DNA of 64,000 bases. It comes from Candidatus Moraniibacteriota bacterium. Its GTDB lineage: Bacteria > Patescibacteriota > Minisyncoccia > Moranbacterales > GWC2-37-73. Of the stretch, positions 20,185 to 29,721 are shown one piece after another. The DNA lies in the NCBI GenBank assembly GCA_003507445.1, contig DNVR01000009.1:2485-66484 (forward strand). The letters are read 5' to 3'. How positions within the stretch are numbered: the stretch's first letter is position 1; the number at the start of each line of letters is the position of its first letter. Position numbers and translations under genes: made by a program. The notes beneath the pieces were generated by a model. That model was given only the letters and a program-made list of their open reading frames with translations. It made no database searches and was not told the origin of the DNA.

Positions 20185-22527
20185 CTAGACTGGGAGTGTA
20201 GACTGAATAATTGTTTCTTCCACAGGAACTTCATTAATAACTGGTTCCGGCTCTGGCTTGGGCTCTTCTTTCGGTTTGAAATATTCTTCCTTGCATTCCA
20301 AAGTTGGAATAGGATCAAGATCTTTGTTCTTTTTCTTATCCTTTTTAAACCAATCCTGCACACCCTTTTCCCAATTTTTGTATTGAGAATCATCGGATGG
20401 ATCTTTTGGATAATCGCCTCGTGGATCATCTTTTTTCACATAATACAAAATACTGTGAACTTCTCCGAATGTTTTTTTGTCTGAAGTTCCATCAGGGCAA
20501 GAATCATTTGCCAAACAATAATCTCCTTTGTAATCCTTAGCATCCATTTCACACACTTTTACATCTTCTTTAATGTTCTGTTCGCCATTAAGAATTGGCT
20601 TGCCGGCATCTTCTTTTTCATATTTTGGAAATTGTTCAGCTGCGCTGTTTCCCAATGCAAAATTCATAAACGATCTCCAAATTGGAGCAGCCACATAAAT
20701 TCCATCAGCCCCGGCTTTCATAGAAGAGTTGTCATTGTTTCCAGCCCAAACCCCAACCGCAATTGACGGCGTGTATCCCATTGCCCAACCATCGCGAAAT
20801 TCATTGGTTGTTCCAGTCTTGGCCGCAACTTGGCGATCTGAAAATTTGAAAGGATTATTGTCTCCAAACACAGGTGCTCTGAGTTCATTGGTTGACATAA
20901 TATAATCAAGCATAGCAACATATTTTTCTTCAACAATTCTTTGCCCAGCGCTTTGTTTGAATTCTTCCAAAACTGCTCCGTCCTTGTCTTGAATTTTCAA
21001 AATTGCAGTTTTGTCATAGTGAATTCCTCCTGTTGCCAAGCCGCCATAAGCATTAACGTGATCAAGCAATGTCACTTCTCCACCTCCAAGCACCAAGGAC
21101 AGACCATAACGCTCAGGTTGATTAAGACCTTTTATTCCAAGACCTTTTGCAAGTTGGATTGAATCTTTCACTCCTGCCAAATACAAAGTTTTCACGGCAG
21201 GAATGTTGAGCGACATCGCCAATGCATTTTTCATTTGCAGTGGACCTTTGAATTTCCCATCATAATTTTGCGGTTTGTAATCTTTTCCTTCATCAGTACT
21301 GAAGTTTGTTGCCACGTCATATAGCAATGTTTCTGGAGTGTAACCTTTTGTAAAAGCGGTCAGATAAACATATGGTTTAAATGATGATCCCGGTTGGCGA
21401 TCAGCCAAAGCCACATTAACTTGCCCATCAATTGATTTGTCAAAATAATTTTTTGATCCCACCATTGCCAAAATTTGTCCAGTTTTTGGATCCATTGCAA
21501 CCAAGGCTGCGTTGCTGGCATTTTGAGCTTTGTTTTTTTCAGCTCCTTCAACCACTGCTTTCTCCGCAGCTTGTTGTTTGTCCCAATCAAGAGTGGTATA
21601 AACTTTCAATCCTCCTTGTTCCACTGCCTGTTCTCCATATTTTTGCTCCAAATATTCTTTCACATACATCACAAAATGAGGGGCTTGAATATTGTCCTGC
21701 TTGGGAGTTATTTCTGCAAAAATATCCACACTTTTCGCCTCATTCGCTTGATCCTGTGTGATATATCCCAAATCAGCCATCTTTTTAAGCGCTGAATTTT
21801 TTCTTCCAACCAACGCATCACGATGAGAACCAAATGGCGAATAATATGTCGGCGCATTCGGAAGTGAAGCCAAGAGCGCAGCCTCAGCAAGGCTTAAATC
21901 TTTGGCTGATTTTGAAAAAAAAGTTTGCGCTGCTGCTTCAATTCCATATGCACTTGAACCATATGGGATTTGATTAAGATACATTGCCAAAATTTCATCT
22001 TTTGAATATTTTTGTTCAAGCTCAATAGCGAGAATCACTTCTTTGATTTTTCGTGTGAATGTTTTCTCATCGCTAAGCAGAGATTTTTTGATAAACTGTT
22101 GCGTGATTGTGCTTCCTCCCTGAGCAGCGCCTCCTTTGATAATGTCTTTGAAAGCTGATCGTAAAATAGCTTTGGGGTTTACTCCATAATGAGAATAAAA
22201 TTCCTGATCCTCCAGCGCGATTGTGGCATATTTTACATTATCAGGAATCTGCTCAAAAGGTATCACTGTTCTTTTTTCCTCCCCATGTACGTCATACAAA
22301 AGATGTTGACCAGAGCGATCATAAATTTTGGTTGATTGCGCAATAAGCTTTGCATCCACCGAATTTGCACTTGGCAAATCCTTGGCAAAAAAAAGAAAGA
22401 TGCCAATTACAGACAAGATTCCCACACCAAAAAGATACAGGAAAATTTTACCTGCGAGCTTCCACCTTTCATTAGAAGACATTCCTCTAATGTTTTTAAA
22501 ATTTTGTGAGACAAATATTGGTTTCAT
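20185..22527 (-). CDS. Class A penicillin-binding protein (PBP1A; glycosyltransferase GT51 + transpeptidase)
   Basis: GT51 motifs EDQEFYSHYGV, GGSTITQQ; transpeptidase SxxK/KTG present; C-terminal K/E/P-rich tail; start taken as ATG 22525-22527 (the ORF track extends to 22533 with GTG). Confidence 0.9.
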   Translation of the reverse strand: MKPIFVSQNFKNIRGMSSNERWKLAGKIFLYLFGVGILSVIGIFLFFAKDLPSANSVDAKLIAQSTKIYDRSGQHLLYDVHGEEKRTVIPFEQIPDNVKYATIALEDQEFYSHYGVNPKAILRSAFKDIIKGGAAQGGSTITQQFIKKSLLSDEKTFTRKIKEVILAIELEQKYSKDEILAMYLNQIPYGSSAYGIEAAAQTFFSKSAKDLSLAEAALLASLPNAPTYYSPFGSHRDALVGRKNSALKKMADLGYITQDQANEAKSVDIFAEITPKQDNIQAPHFVMYVKEYLEQKYGEQAVEQGGLKVYTTLDWDKQQAAEKAVVEGAEKNKAQNASNAALVAMDPKTGQILAMVGSKNYFDKSIDGQVNVALADRQPGSSFKPYVYLTAFTKGYTPETLLYDVATNFSTDEGKDYKPQNYDGKFKGPLQMKNALAMSLNIPAVKTLYLAGVKDSIQLAKGLGIKGLNQPERYGLSLVLGGGEVTLLDHVNAYGGLATGGIHYDKTAILKIQDKDGAVLEEFKQSAGQRIVEEKYVAMLDYIMSTNELRAPVFGDNNPFKFSDRQVAAKTGTTNEFRDGWAMGYTPSIAVGVWAGNNDNSSMKAGADGIYVAAPIWRSFMNFALGNSAAEQFPKYEKEDAGKPILNGEQNIKEDVKVCEMDAKDYKGDYCLANDSCPDGTSDKKTFGEVHSILYYVKKDDPRGDYPKDPSDDSQYKNWEKGVQDWFKKDKKKNKDLDPIPTLECKEEYFKPKEEPKPEPEPVINEVPVEETIIQSTLPV

Positions 22528-22529
22528 AT

Positions 22530-22784
22530 TCACCCTGTTAAATAAGATTTGAGTCTCTTTTTGAGAAACATCTTACCATGATAAGTTTTTAAATATTTTT
22601 CCCTATGAGTTGCATCTTGTTGATTTAGACACGCCTCATAATAAATCAGCTTTAATGAGCGTCTTTCCTTAGTGCAAGGAACCATGCCTTTTGCATGTAA
22701 CTCAAATCTTAATTTTAAATTTTTCGTATAACCTATATATCTGTCTTTATCTTTTTCGCTAACAAGCACATATACATAAAACAT
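22530..22784 (-). CDS. GIY-YIG nuclease domain protein (UPF0213/YhbQ-like, 84 aa)
   Basis: MFYVYVLVSEKDKDRYIGYTKNLKLRFELH (GIY..YIG..R..H); its stop is 2 nt from PBP1A ATG; entirely enclosed by the ACCCTGTTAAATAA inverted-repeat element. Confidence 0.75.
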   Translation of the reverse strand: MFYVYVLVSEKDKDRYIGYTKNLKLRFELHAKGMVPCTKERRSLKLIYYEACLNQQDATHREKYLKTYHGKMFLKKRLKSYLTG

Positions 22785-22822
22785 ACGCAGTGTTAAAAAA
22801 ATTTAAAATTATTTAACAGGGT
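22532..22822. mobile_element. Inverted-repeat element B (ACCCTGTTAAATAAGATTTGAGTCTCT ... ACTCAAATCTTA ... TTATTTAACAGGGT) enclosing the GIY-YIG ORF
   Basis: Arms read directly; near-identical left arm at 61681-61707 (no ORF inside) and related arms at 541-690. Confidence 0.4.
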
Positions 22823-22896
22823 AAATTTTGAACTATGAATATATTATATGCTTAAAGCAGCTTTTTTCAAAGCCGCTCTAGTATACACGAAACTGA

Positions 22897-24237
22897 TTAT
22901 TTATCAAGAGTTTGTACTAGATCATCATCGGAAATTCCAAGTTGCTCAAGTATCCAGATATGCCTGGGGTTTGCAGGATCATATTTCCCAACGGAAAATT
23001 TTAGTTCCTCACGATCATTACCTTTTATAACGATCCACGTATTAATGTTACCCTCCCTGTAAACTATATCCCGCGTAAGACAAGCTCCTTTTTCAGAACA
23101 ATTTGTACCCCGAAATGTTCTGACACATCGGTTCCATGCTCCAACCTTCGCGTTTTCCCAGGATTTTTGCAGATCTTTGCTTTTGGAACGTATAAAGAAA
23201 AAATCTCTCAATATATTAAAAACATCCCTGAAATCCCTTTTATTTCCATCCAATCCGACCGCAAGCGAAATCGCCAAATGTCCATCAAATCCCGCAAAAC
23301 TATCTGAGCCTCCAATACTCTGCTCCTCAAAAGCTGAAATTCCCTCTTCGCCCAAAAGATACCTGTCGAGACCCAATCCCAGTAATTTCAATTTCGATCT
23401 TTCTCCACTTTCACGACGAAGAACATGAGTTTTGATTTCATGTGCGATAAGTTTTTTCAATTCCAAACTTGTCAATTTCTTGTTTTCTGGAATTCTGACA
23501 TTCTTTTTTTCTTGACTTACCGAGATCGCTTTTATGTTTTCATCAACAAGCACTTGCCATCCCTCCACTCCCAATTCATCCATAGCTTCGGAAAACTCAT
23601 TTCTGATTTCTTGCGCATTATATTTTTTACTGGCTTCAAATGGATACTGCAATATTCTTTTTTTATGAGGAAGAAATTCTTTTTCAATACCAGAGGACTC
23701 ACTCAAAGTGTCAAGATTCAAAGATTCTTTCAGTCTTCTTATCGCAAACAACACCCTAAAATCGTCAGAATTTTCCTTCTCCTTTATCGCTTCCGCTATC
23801 TCCTCCAAGTCAAATTGAAAGACATCTTTATCGGGCTCCCCATATATAAAACTTGAATATCGCGCAAAACTTCTAGGATCTCCATTTTTTGAGGCTTTCA
23901 ACATTCTCACTTCAGCAATTTTTTGATTGATTTTCCATCGGTATGTCTTTTGAACGGTTTCGTTTGTCTCATTTTCCAATATATTTTTCTTAAGCTTCAG
24001 CAGCTCTTCTTCTCTCCCCTCAAGGTCGAACTTTTCTAATTTAGGATAATCAAGTTCAGGGTTTCTGACTTGTTCGTTTAGAAAAAGATTCTTTTGATTT
24101 TCTCTAAATTTCTTATCTCCTTCCAGATATTCAAAATCTTGGAAAGATCCTATTCTTTCAAACATATCAAACCACTGCTCATCCACGGCAGGTTGCCTCT
24201 CTTTTTTGTCCTGATTTGTTGGCAGTTCAAAAGACAT
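22897..24237 (-). CDS. DUF1704 family protein (QEGLA-motif / MATCAP-like putative metallocarboxypeptidase, HExxH)
   Basis: 446 aa; HEIKTHVLRRESG (HExxH); LLGEEGISAFEEQ resembles the QEGLA motif. Confidence 0.55.
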   Translation of the reverse strand: MSFELPTNQDKKERQPAVDEQWFDMFERIGSFQDFEYLEGDKKFRENQKNLFLNEQVRNPELDYPKLEKFDLEGREEELLKLKKNILENETNETVQKTYRWKINQKIAEVRMLKASKNGDPRSFARYSSFIYGEPDKDVFQFDLEEIAEAIKEKENSDDFRVLFAIRRLKESLNLDTLSESSGIEKEFLPHKKRILQYPFEASKKYNAQEIRNEFSEAMDELGVEGWQVLVDENIKAISVSQEKKNVRIPENKKLTSLELKKLIAHEIKTHVLRRESGERSKLKLLGLGLDRYLLGEEGISAFEEQSIGGSDSFAGFDGHLAISLAVGLDGNKRDFRDVFNILRDFFFIRSKSKDLQKSWENAKVGAWNRCVRTFRGTNCSEKGACLTRDIVYREGNINTWIVIKGNDREELKFSVGKYDPANPRHIWILEQLGISDDDLVQTLDK

Positions 24238-24267
24238 ACGTTCTTGTTGAAAACATTCATATTATGC

Positions 24268-24750
24268 TTATATTATAACACTTCTATCCATATCCATGTA
24301 GTGTTTTTTCTCACCGTTTTTATATTGACCGCAGATGCCACCATATTCAAACCCGAATTTCTCATAGAAATTTCGCAGATCGTTCGAGTCTCTGAAATGC
24401 AATTTTATTTTTTGGAAGCCATTGTTAATGAAAGATCTGTCGATAAATTTTTCCACCAAAATCTTTCCGTAGCCTTTCCCCTCCAATTCATCGCCGACAA
24501 GCAGAGCACTGAGAATAATACTGGAACGATCATTTTTGTTGATTCTTCCCATTATCAAAGCACTTATTTTCTCTTCTTTTTCAACAATAAAACAAACTCC
24601 GTTATTTTCCTTCATAAAAAAAGAATTTACTCCAGTCATGCTCCATTTAGATTTTGGAAAACTGATATTATAAAATTCCAGTAGTTCTTTCTTTTTTGAA
24701 AAACTCTGGTCAAGCAGTTCAATTATTTGAATTTTCTCCTTCATACTCAT
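24268..24750 (-). CDS. GNAT family N-acetyltransferase
   Basis: 160 aa; acetyl-CoA binding-like LEGKGYGKILV, GNAT fold length. Confidence 0.75.
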   Translation of the reverse strand: MSMKEKIQIIELLDQSFSKKKELLEFYNISFPKSKWSMTGVNSFFMKENNGVCFIVEKEEKISALIMGRINKNDRSSIILSALLVGDELEGKGYGKILVEKFIDRSFINNGFQKIKLHFRDSNDLRNFYEKFGFEYGGICGQYKNGEKKHYMDMDRSVII

Positions 24751-24761
24751 TTTGCTGTCAG

Positions 24762-25787
24762 TTATTTTTTCGCCAATATTTTTTCATATAATTTCAAGTA
24801 TTTTTTCGCCATTACTGAACTGTCAAAATTTTCTTCAGCATATTTTCTACATGCAGCCCTATCAAACATTTCGGTCTTTTTCACAGCCTCCACCAGTTCA
24901 TTGAAATCATCGGAAAGAAAAGCGACCTTTTCGTTTTGCAAAAGTTCCAATAATGGTCCAACTGTCGTTCCTATCACAGGCGTTCCGCAAGCCAATGCCT
25001 CAGCCACAACCATTGGGCAAACCTCTGGCCTTCTAATGGGAAAAAGTAATGCCGATGCTCCTCTCAAATATCTATAAATCTCATCGTGCTCAACCTCTCC
25101 TTTGTATAAAATATTTTCATTATCCAAAAATGGCTCTATTTTTTCAACAAAAAACTTTTTTCTTTCACTAGTATTTCCAATTCTTCCAAAGATTAACAAT
25201 TTTTTTTCTGCTAAAAGAGCAATTTGAATTGCAGTATCTACACCTTTTTGATCATTGAGTCTGCCGACGAACATTAGATATTCTCCGCCTTGAAAAGAAA
25301 ATTCGATATTTTTTACCGGCACACCATTATATATAACGGCAGATGTATGCAGCGCGCCTCTTTGCGTCTGACTGAGCGCTACAGTATGCAAACCAGAAGC
25401 GATTGAGTCATCAAAAACGTTCTGTGAGATCTTATTATGGAAGGACACCACACAAGGAATTTTCAGTTTTGAAGCGACAATGGGTGCTTCACGCTGACTG
25501 TTGAAATGGATGATGTCATAATCTTCCGCAGACTCTACAACCTTCATCTGACTTTCAAGTCTCAATCCTATAAGATCTGTTTTTTCAGCTTTGGGCATGT
25601 TTTGAATACTTTTTTCCAATGTGACAACATGTTTTGCTCGCGTGTTCCAATCTGCTGGAGCAAACAGCGTTACATCTTCGCCCATATCAAAAAGCGCGTC
25701 AGTCAAATTTTGAGCGACAACTTCAGGACCTCCTGTATCTCCGAATGGTGGTGCAATTATGGCAATGCGTATTTTTTTATCGCTCAT
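24762..25787 (-). CDS. Glycosyltransferase family 4 (GT-B)
   Basis: 341 aa; N-terminal IAIIAPPFGDTGGPEV; C-terminal E..E..FP-like EVCPMVVAEALACGTPVI. Confidence 0.8.
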   Translation of the reverse strand: MSDKKIRIAIIAPPFGDTGGPEVVAQNLTDALFDMGEDVTLFAPADWNTRAKHVVTLEKSIQNMPKAEKTDLIGLRLESQMKVVESAEDYDIIHFNSQREAPIVASKLKIPCVVSFHNKISQNVFDDSIASGLHTVALSQTQRGALHTSAVIYNGVPVKNIEFSFQGGEYLMFVGRLNDQKGVDTAIQIALLAEKKLLIFGRIGNTSERKKFFVEKIEPFLDNENILYKGEVEHDEIYRYLRGASALLFPIRRPEVCPMVVAEALACGTPVIGTTVGPLLELLQNEKVAFLSDDFNELVEAVKKTEMFDRAACRKYAEENFDSSVMAKKYLKLYEKILAKK

Positions 25788-26737
25788 TATAACAAGTCTG
25801 TTATAGATTCAAAATTCTCCTGTTTCGTCTTTTCATCTCCTAATAGCGTCACCAGATCTATCCCTGGCGTCGTATTCATCTCAACAAAATACGGCCTGCC
25901 ATCGTTGTCAAAAATGAAATCAAGTGAATATTGCGCATTTTGAAATATTAAGATTTTTTTATTTATTTTTTCAGCCATATCATTGAGGCACTCTGGTATC
26001 ATCTCCTTTGGGATCATCTTGCCTGCCGCACCTTGATGCAGATTCGTAAAAAGCGATCCGGATTTTGCAATCCTTGAAAGCGCATACGCCATTTTCCCTC
26101 CTTGATACACCATTCGCAAATCAGCAACTTCATCTTTTTGCGATATACCTGGGATACCTTTTTCACTTACGATAAATTCTTGCACCAAAACTGGATAAAT
26201 ATATTTTTCTGATAAAGCTTTCTTTTTTTCTCCAATAAAAATTCCGAAGCCACCAGAGCCATACAATGGTTTTATTACAATTTTTTGAGAAGGACTTTCC
26301 GTTATTGTTTTCTTTAATTCCTCTTTGTTATTTGCAATTTGTGAAAATGGCATAAATTCTCCAAACATTACATATTGGGAAAGTTTATTATTAAATGTTG
26401 CCCGAAAAAGTGGAGAATTAAAAAGCAAAGTTTTTTCGGCAATTTTTAACTTATATTCAAGCAGTGAATAATCATATTTACTCAAAACTTTGTCATAAAT
26501 TAAGTCAGGACAAATATCGTTTTCGATTTTTTGCCAAGCACCTTCACGAAAAGTCCATGCTTTTGTGAAAACATTTTTTTCCAAGTCATACCACTTAATG
26601 CTTGCGCGATAAAGATTCACGCCAACTTTTTGAGCTCGATCCATCCAATCTTGGATTGCAAGTCTTGTTCCTTCATTACTAATTGGAACAATCTTTTCCC
26701 AATCATCACCAGCATATACGATAACGATGTTTTTCAT
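25787..26737 (-). CDS. ATP-grasp domain protein (YheC/D- or RimK-like)
   Basis: 316 aa; IVIKPLYGSGGFGIFI, VLVQEFI, DLRMVYQGG, YFVEMNTTPG ATP-grasp signatures. Confidence 0.65.
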   Translation of the reverse strand: MKNIVIVYAGDDWEKIVPISNEGTRLAIQDWMDRAQKVGVNLYRASIKWYDLEKNVFTKAWTFREGAWQKIENDICPDLIYDKVLSKYDYSLLEYKLKIAEKTLLFNSPLFRATFNNKLSQYVMFGEFMPFSQIANNKEELKKTITESPSQKIVIKPLYGSGGFGIFIGEKKKALSEKYIYPVLVQEFIVSEKGIPGISQKDEVADLRMVYQGGKMAYALSRIAKSGSLFTNLHQGAAGKMIPKEMIPECLNDMAEKINKKILIFQNAQYSLDFIFDNDGRPYFVEMNTTPGIDLVTLLGDEKTKQENFESITDLL

Positions 26738-26744
26738 ATAAAAT

Positions 26745-28235
26745 TTACTTATTTACGTCAATTAAAAATTTTCCCAAATTCCGCTTGCCTACAATGATTG
26801 AATACTGCAAGTGTGAACGATCAATAATTGTAACCCTGGCATTAATTTCGACTCCGTCCATATTCATACTAATCCTAACCATCGGACGATAAGTTGTTCC
26901 ATGTGAAGAATGAATTATAGCAGTGTCGCAAACATCTGGATATTTTTTAAAAATATTTATTCTTTCTGATTTATTTAAACTTTTTATTTTTTCATATTCA
27001 ACATTTTCGTGCTCAATAGCATCTACCACTTCATTAAAACCAAGCTTTCTAGCAAGCTCCAAATCAATAGAAGTAAAGCCGGCTCCGGTGTCTATCTTGG
27101 CTTCTATTTCAATCTCCACTGCATTTTTTCCAATCAATTTTACCTTTTCCATTGTTCCAATCACTTTTCGTCCGGAAATTTCCTCGACTTCTTCTTCCAC
27201 TTCTCCTCCGAACAAATCCCTGCCCACACGCACACCGCGCACAGCTGTTTTTATTTTAAGACCTTTGATACGCTCAAGTCTTTCTTTAAGGCCACTAAGA
27301 TTAGCAACTTGAATAGCAAGTCCAGGGCGAGCATTAATTTCCAAAAATACTGGTCCACGTTCACGATCAATTGCGACATCAGCTCCCAAAAATCCCATTC
27401 CGGAAACTTCTTGTGCTTTAACTGCCAACAATAAAATATCCTTCCAATATGGAATTCTGATTCCGGAAAGAAGCATTCTTGTTCCAGGGACATAGTCAAT
27501 AATTTTTCCCTTGCCCAGAACTGCAGTTGTGGTCACACCTGAAGCCAAATCGATTCCCACTCCAATTCCTCCTTGCTGCAAGTTGGCTTTTCCGCCAGAT
27601 TCTTTCGTTGGCAGACGAAGCATCGCCATTACTGGAGTATGATTAAAAACAATCACACGAATATCTGGAATTCCTTTGTATGCATACGGTTTAAAAAGTT
27701 TAAGCAAAGTTAAACGTTCTTCAAAAAAAGCAATGTCAGGCATATTAGCAAGCGAAAAAGCACCGTCCAAAATATTCAAAATGTGACTTTTAATGTCTTC
27801 TACCGTAACCTTACTACCATCTGCTTTTATCCAAACAGGCAATGGCATCTCGCTTTCATCGTCCACTAAAATTTTTCGATTATTTTTTTTCCTTCCATAT
27901 ACAACCATAATTCCACCACCGCCATATCCACGATTAGGCTTAAGCGCAAATGTGCTCGGCAAAGAAAACCAGTCGAAATTTTCCAATTCCTCGACTGTCC
28001 TAATTTTTGCAAGCAATTTTGGCACAGGAATACCACCCTTTTTAAGCATCCTCTTGCTTAAAATTTTGTCATCTGCCAATTTTTTTGCCTTTTTTCTATT
28101 GTATGGACGAATGTAATCAAGGTTGCGAGCATTCATTCCCAACAACTTTTTTCCATTCTTAAAAATTTCAAACATATTTTTTATAATAACCAAGAAACAA
28201 GCACCAATTTCCAAACAAATCACAAATTCAAACAT
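26745..28235 (-). CDS. Fusion: alpha-L-glutamate-ligase-like ATP-grasp + C-terminal retropepsin-like (DTGA) putative protease
   Basis: N-terminal ATP-grasp (ALKPNRGYGGGGIMV, FLEINARPGL); C-terminal IDTGAGFTSID aspartyl-protease motif; alternative start ATG 28175. Confidence 0.7.
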   Translation of the reverse strand: MFEFVICLEIGACFLVIIKNMFEIFKNGKKLLGMNARNLDYIRPYNRKKAKKLADDKILSKRMLKKGGIPVPKLLAKIRTVEELENFDWFSLPSTFALKPNRGYGGGGIMVVYGRKKNNRKILVDDESEMPLPVWIKADGSKVTVEDIKSHILNILDGAFSLANMPDIAFFEERLTLLKLFKPYAYKGIPDIRVIVFNHTPVMAMLRLPTKESGGKANLQQGGIGVGIDLASGVTTTAVLGKGKIIDYVPGTRMLLSGIRIPYWKDILLLAVKAQEVSGMGFLGADVAIDRERGPVFLEINARPGLAIQVANLSGLKERLERIKGLKIKTAVRGVRVGRDLFGGEVEEEVEEISGRKVIGTMEKVKLIGKNAVEIEIEAKIDTGAGFTSIDLELARKLGFNEVVDAIEHENVEYEKIKSLNKSERINIFKKYPDVCDTAIIHSSHGTTYRPMVRISMNMDGVEINARVTIIDRSHLQYSIIVGKRNLGKFLIDVNK

Positions 28236-28322
28236 ACAATGACCAAAAAATACTTTGGATTTGGTTATTGATTATTGAAAATTATTTGTTTCTTGGAATT
28301 TGTTTCTTGGTTATTGAAAAAT

Positions 28323-28979
28323 TTACTTTAAATTCTTCAGCACTTCCCTAAAACGAAAATATTCATTAAGTCTGAGTCCATCCCACTTTCCCAAGAAAAT
28401 GTTAATTGGAATTGCAATTAAAATAAGCCACGGGAAAGCTACGATACCTTTTATCAAGGCTGGCCAACTTGCCAAATAATACCCAACAAGAGAAATTACC
28501 AATGTTTCCACGGCTAAAATGAGAGCTGCCTTATTTCCCTTTTCAATTTGCGCTGCCACAAATTTTTCCACAATCGTAATCATAATCAAAATTGGAAAAA
28601 TTGAAACTGCAGCCAGACCAGTTCTTTGCATTGCGCCTCCGAAACTAAGCAAAAATAAAATTGAAAGTGCAATAATGCTAAGAGTAATAGCCACACGGGG
28701 CAAATACAAAATGCGAAGACCTTTCAATGCAAAGCGAAGTAGCATTCCAACCAAAATTACCACAATAAAAATAAGAACGCCGTAGCGAAGTTGTGGTACA
28801 GCCAAGAATGCAAATGTCACAATCGCAGGTGTATAAATACCAAAAGCCTTAATTCCGATTACCTGACGAAAAAAAGCGATCAACGTTACCACAATTGGCA
28901 ACATTAAAAGCAAGATTACCGTGTCAAGCGGCACACCTTGCTGGATAAAGTATTTAATAAGAGGACTGATGTTTTCCAT
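28323..28979 (-). CDS. Polytopic membrane protein (6-7 TM), candidate 7TM partner of RimK-like ligase systems
   Basis: 218 aa, predominantly hydrophobic helices; co-oriented immediately upstream of the ligase-protease fusion. Confidence 0.5.
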   Translation of the reverse strand: MENISPLIKYFIQQGVPLDTVILLLMLPIVVTLIAFFRQVIGIKAFGIYTPAIVTFAFLAVPQLRYGVLIFIVVILVGMLLRFALKGLRILYLPRVAITLSIIALSILFLLSFGGAMQRTGLAAVSIFPILIMITIVEKFVAAQIEKGNKAALILAVETLVISLVGYYLASWPALIKGIVAFPWLILIAIPINIFLGKWDGLRLNEYFRFREVLKNLK

Positions 28980-29085
28980 AATAAAATTTAAATCTAAAGG
29001 CTAAATTTTAAAGACTAATTCAAGTATAAATTCTAAATTACAAAATTTATACTTTTAACCTTAGATTTGATTTAGAAGTTAGTAC

Positions 29086-29628
29086 TTAGACTTTAGACTT
29101 AATTCCACGCATTTTGCGGCTATTCAAATGACACAGTGCTATTGCAATTGCATCAGCGGTGTCATCTGGTTTGGGAATCTCTTTCAATTTCAAAATATTC
29201 TTTACCATCAGCTGTATTTGCTTCTTTTCTGCCCTACCATACCCAGTCAAAGCTTGCTTGACTTGCAGCGGTGTGTATTCAAATATGCTAACACAAAATC
29301 TCTCAAGTGTCAAGAGTATAGACCCCCTAGCTTGGCTTACTTTCATTACTGTTTTTACGTTCTTAAAAAAGAACAAATCTTCCACCGCAGCCTCATCAGG
29401 CTTATATTTTTCAATTATTTGTTCCAAGTCTTTCACAACCTCAAAAAGCCGCTCAGCTGTACTGTTTTTTGGCGAAGTTGTGATGTGACCATATGCAACA
29501 GATGTCACACATCCTTTCGTTTCATCCAAAATAGCCCACCCAACGATGGCAGTTCCTGGATCTATTCCCAAAACCCGTAGCGTTTTGACAGTATCTGGTA
29601 TCTGGTATTTGGTATTTGGTATTTTCAT
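29086..29628 (-). CDS. ruvC: Holliday junction resolvase RuvC
   Basis: LGIDPGTAIVGWAIL catalytic N-terminus; first ~12 codons (MKIPNTKYQIPDT) are encoded by a CTGGTAT heptamer array. Confidence 0.85.
   Translation of the reverse strand: MKIPNTKYQIPDTVKTLRVLGIDPGTAIVGWAILDETKGCVTSVAYGHITTSPKNSTAERLFEVVKDLEQIIEKYKPDEAAVEDLFFFKNVKTVMKVSQARGSILLTLERFCVSIFEYTPLQVKQALTGYGRAEKKQIQLMVKNILKLKEIPKPDDTADAIAIALCHLNSRKMRGIKSKV
29591..29625. repeat. Tandem heptamer array (CTGGTAT/TTGGTAT x4-5) fused to ruvC start codon
   Basis: gtatctggtatctggtatttggtatttggtattttcat. Confidence 0.8.
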
Positions 29629-29721
29629 TAAATAAATTTATTTAAAATTCCATTTTTTATCTATTTGTTTTAATTTTTGCATTTTATACTAAATACAAAA
29701 TACTAAATACCATATACAACC

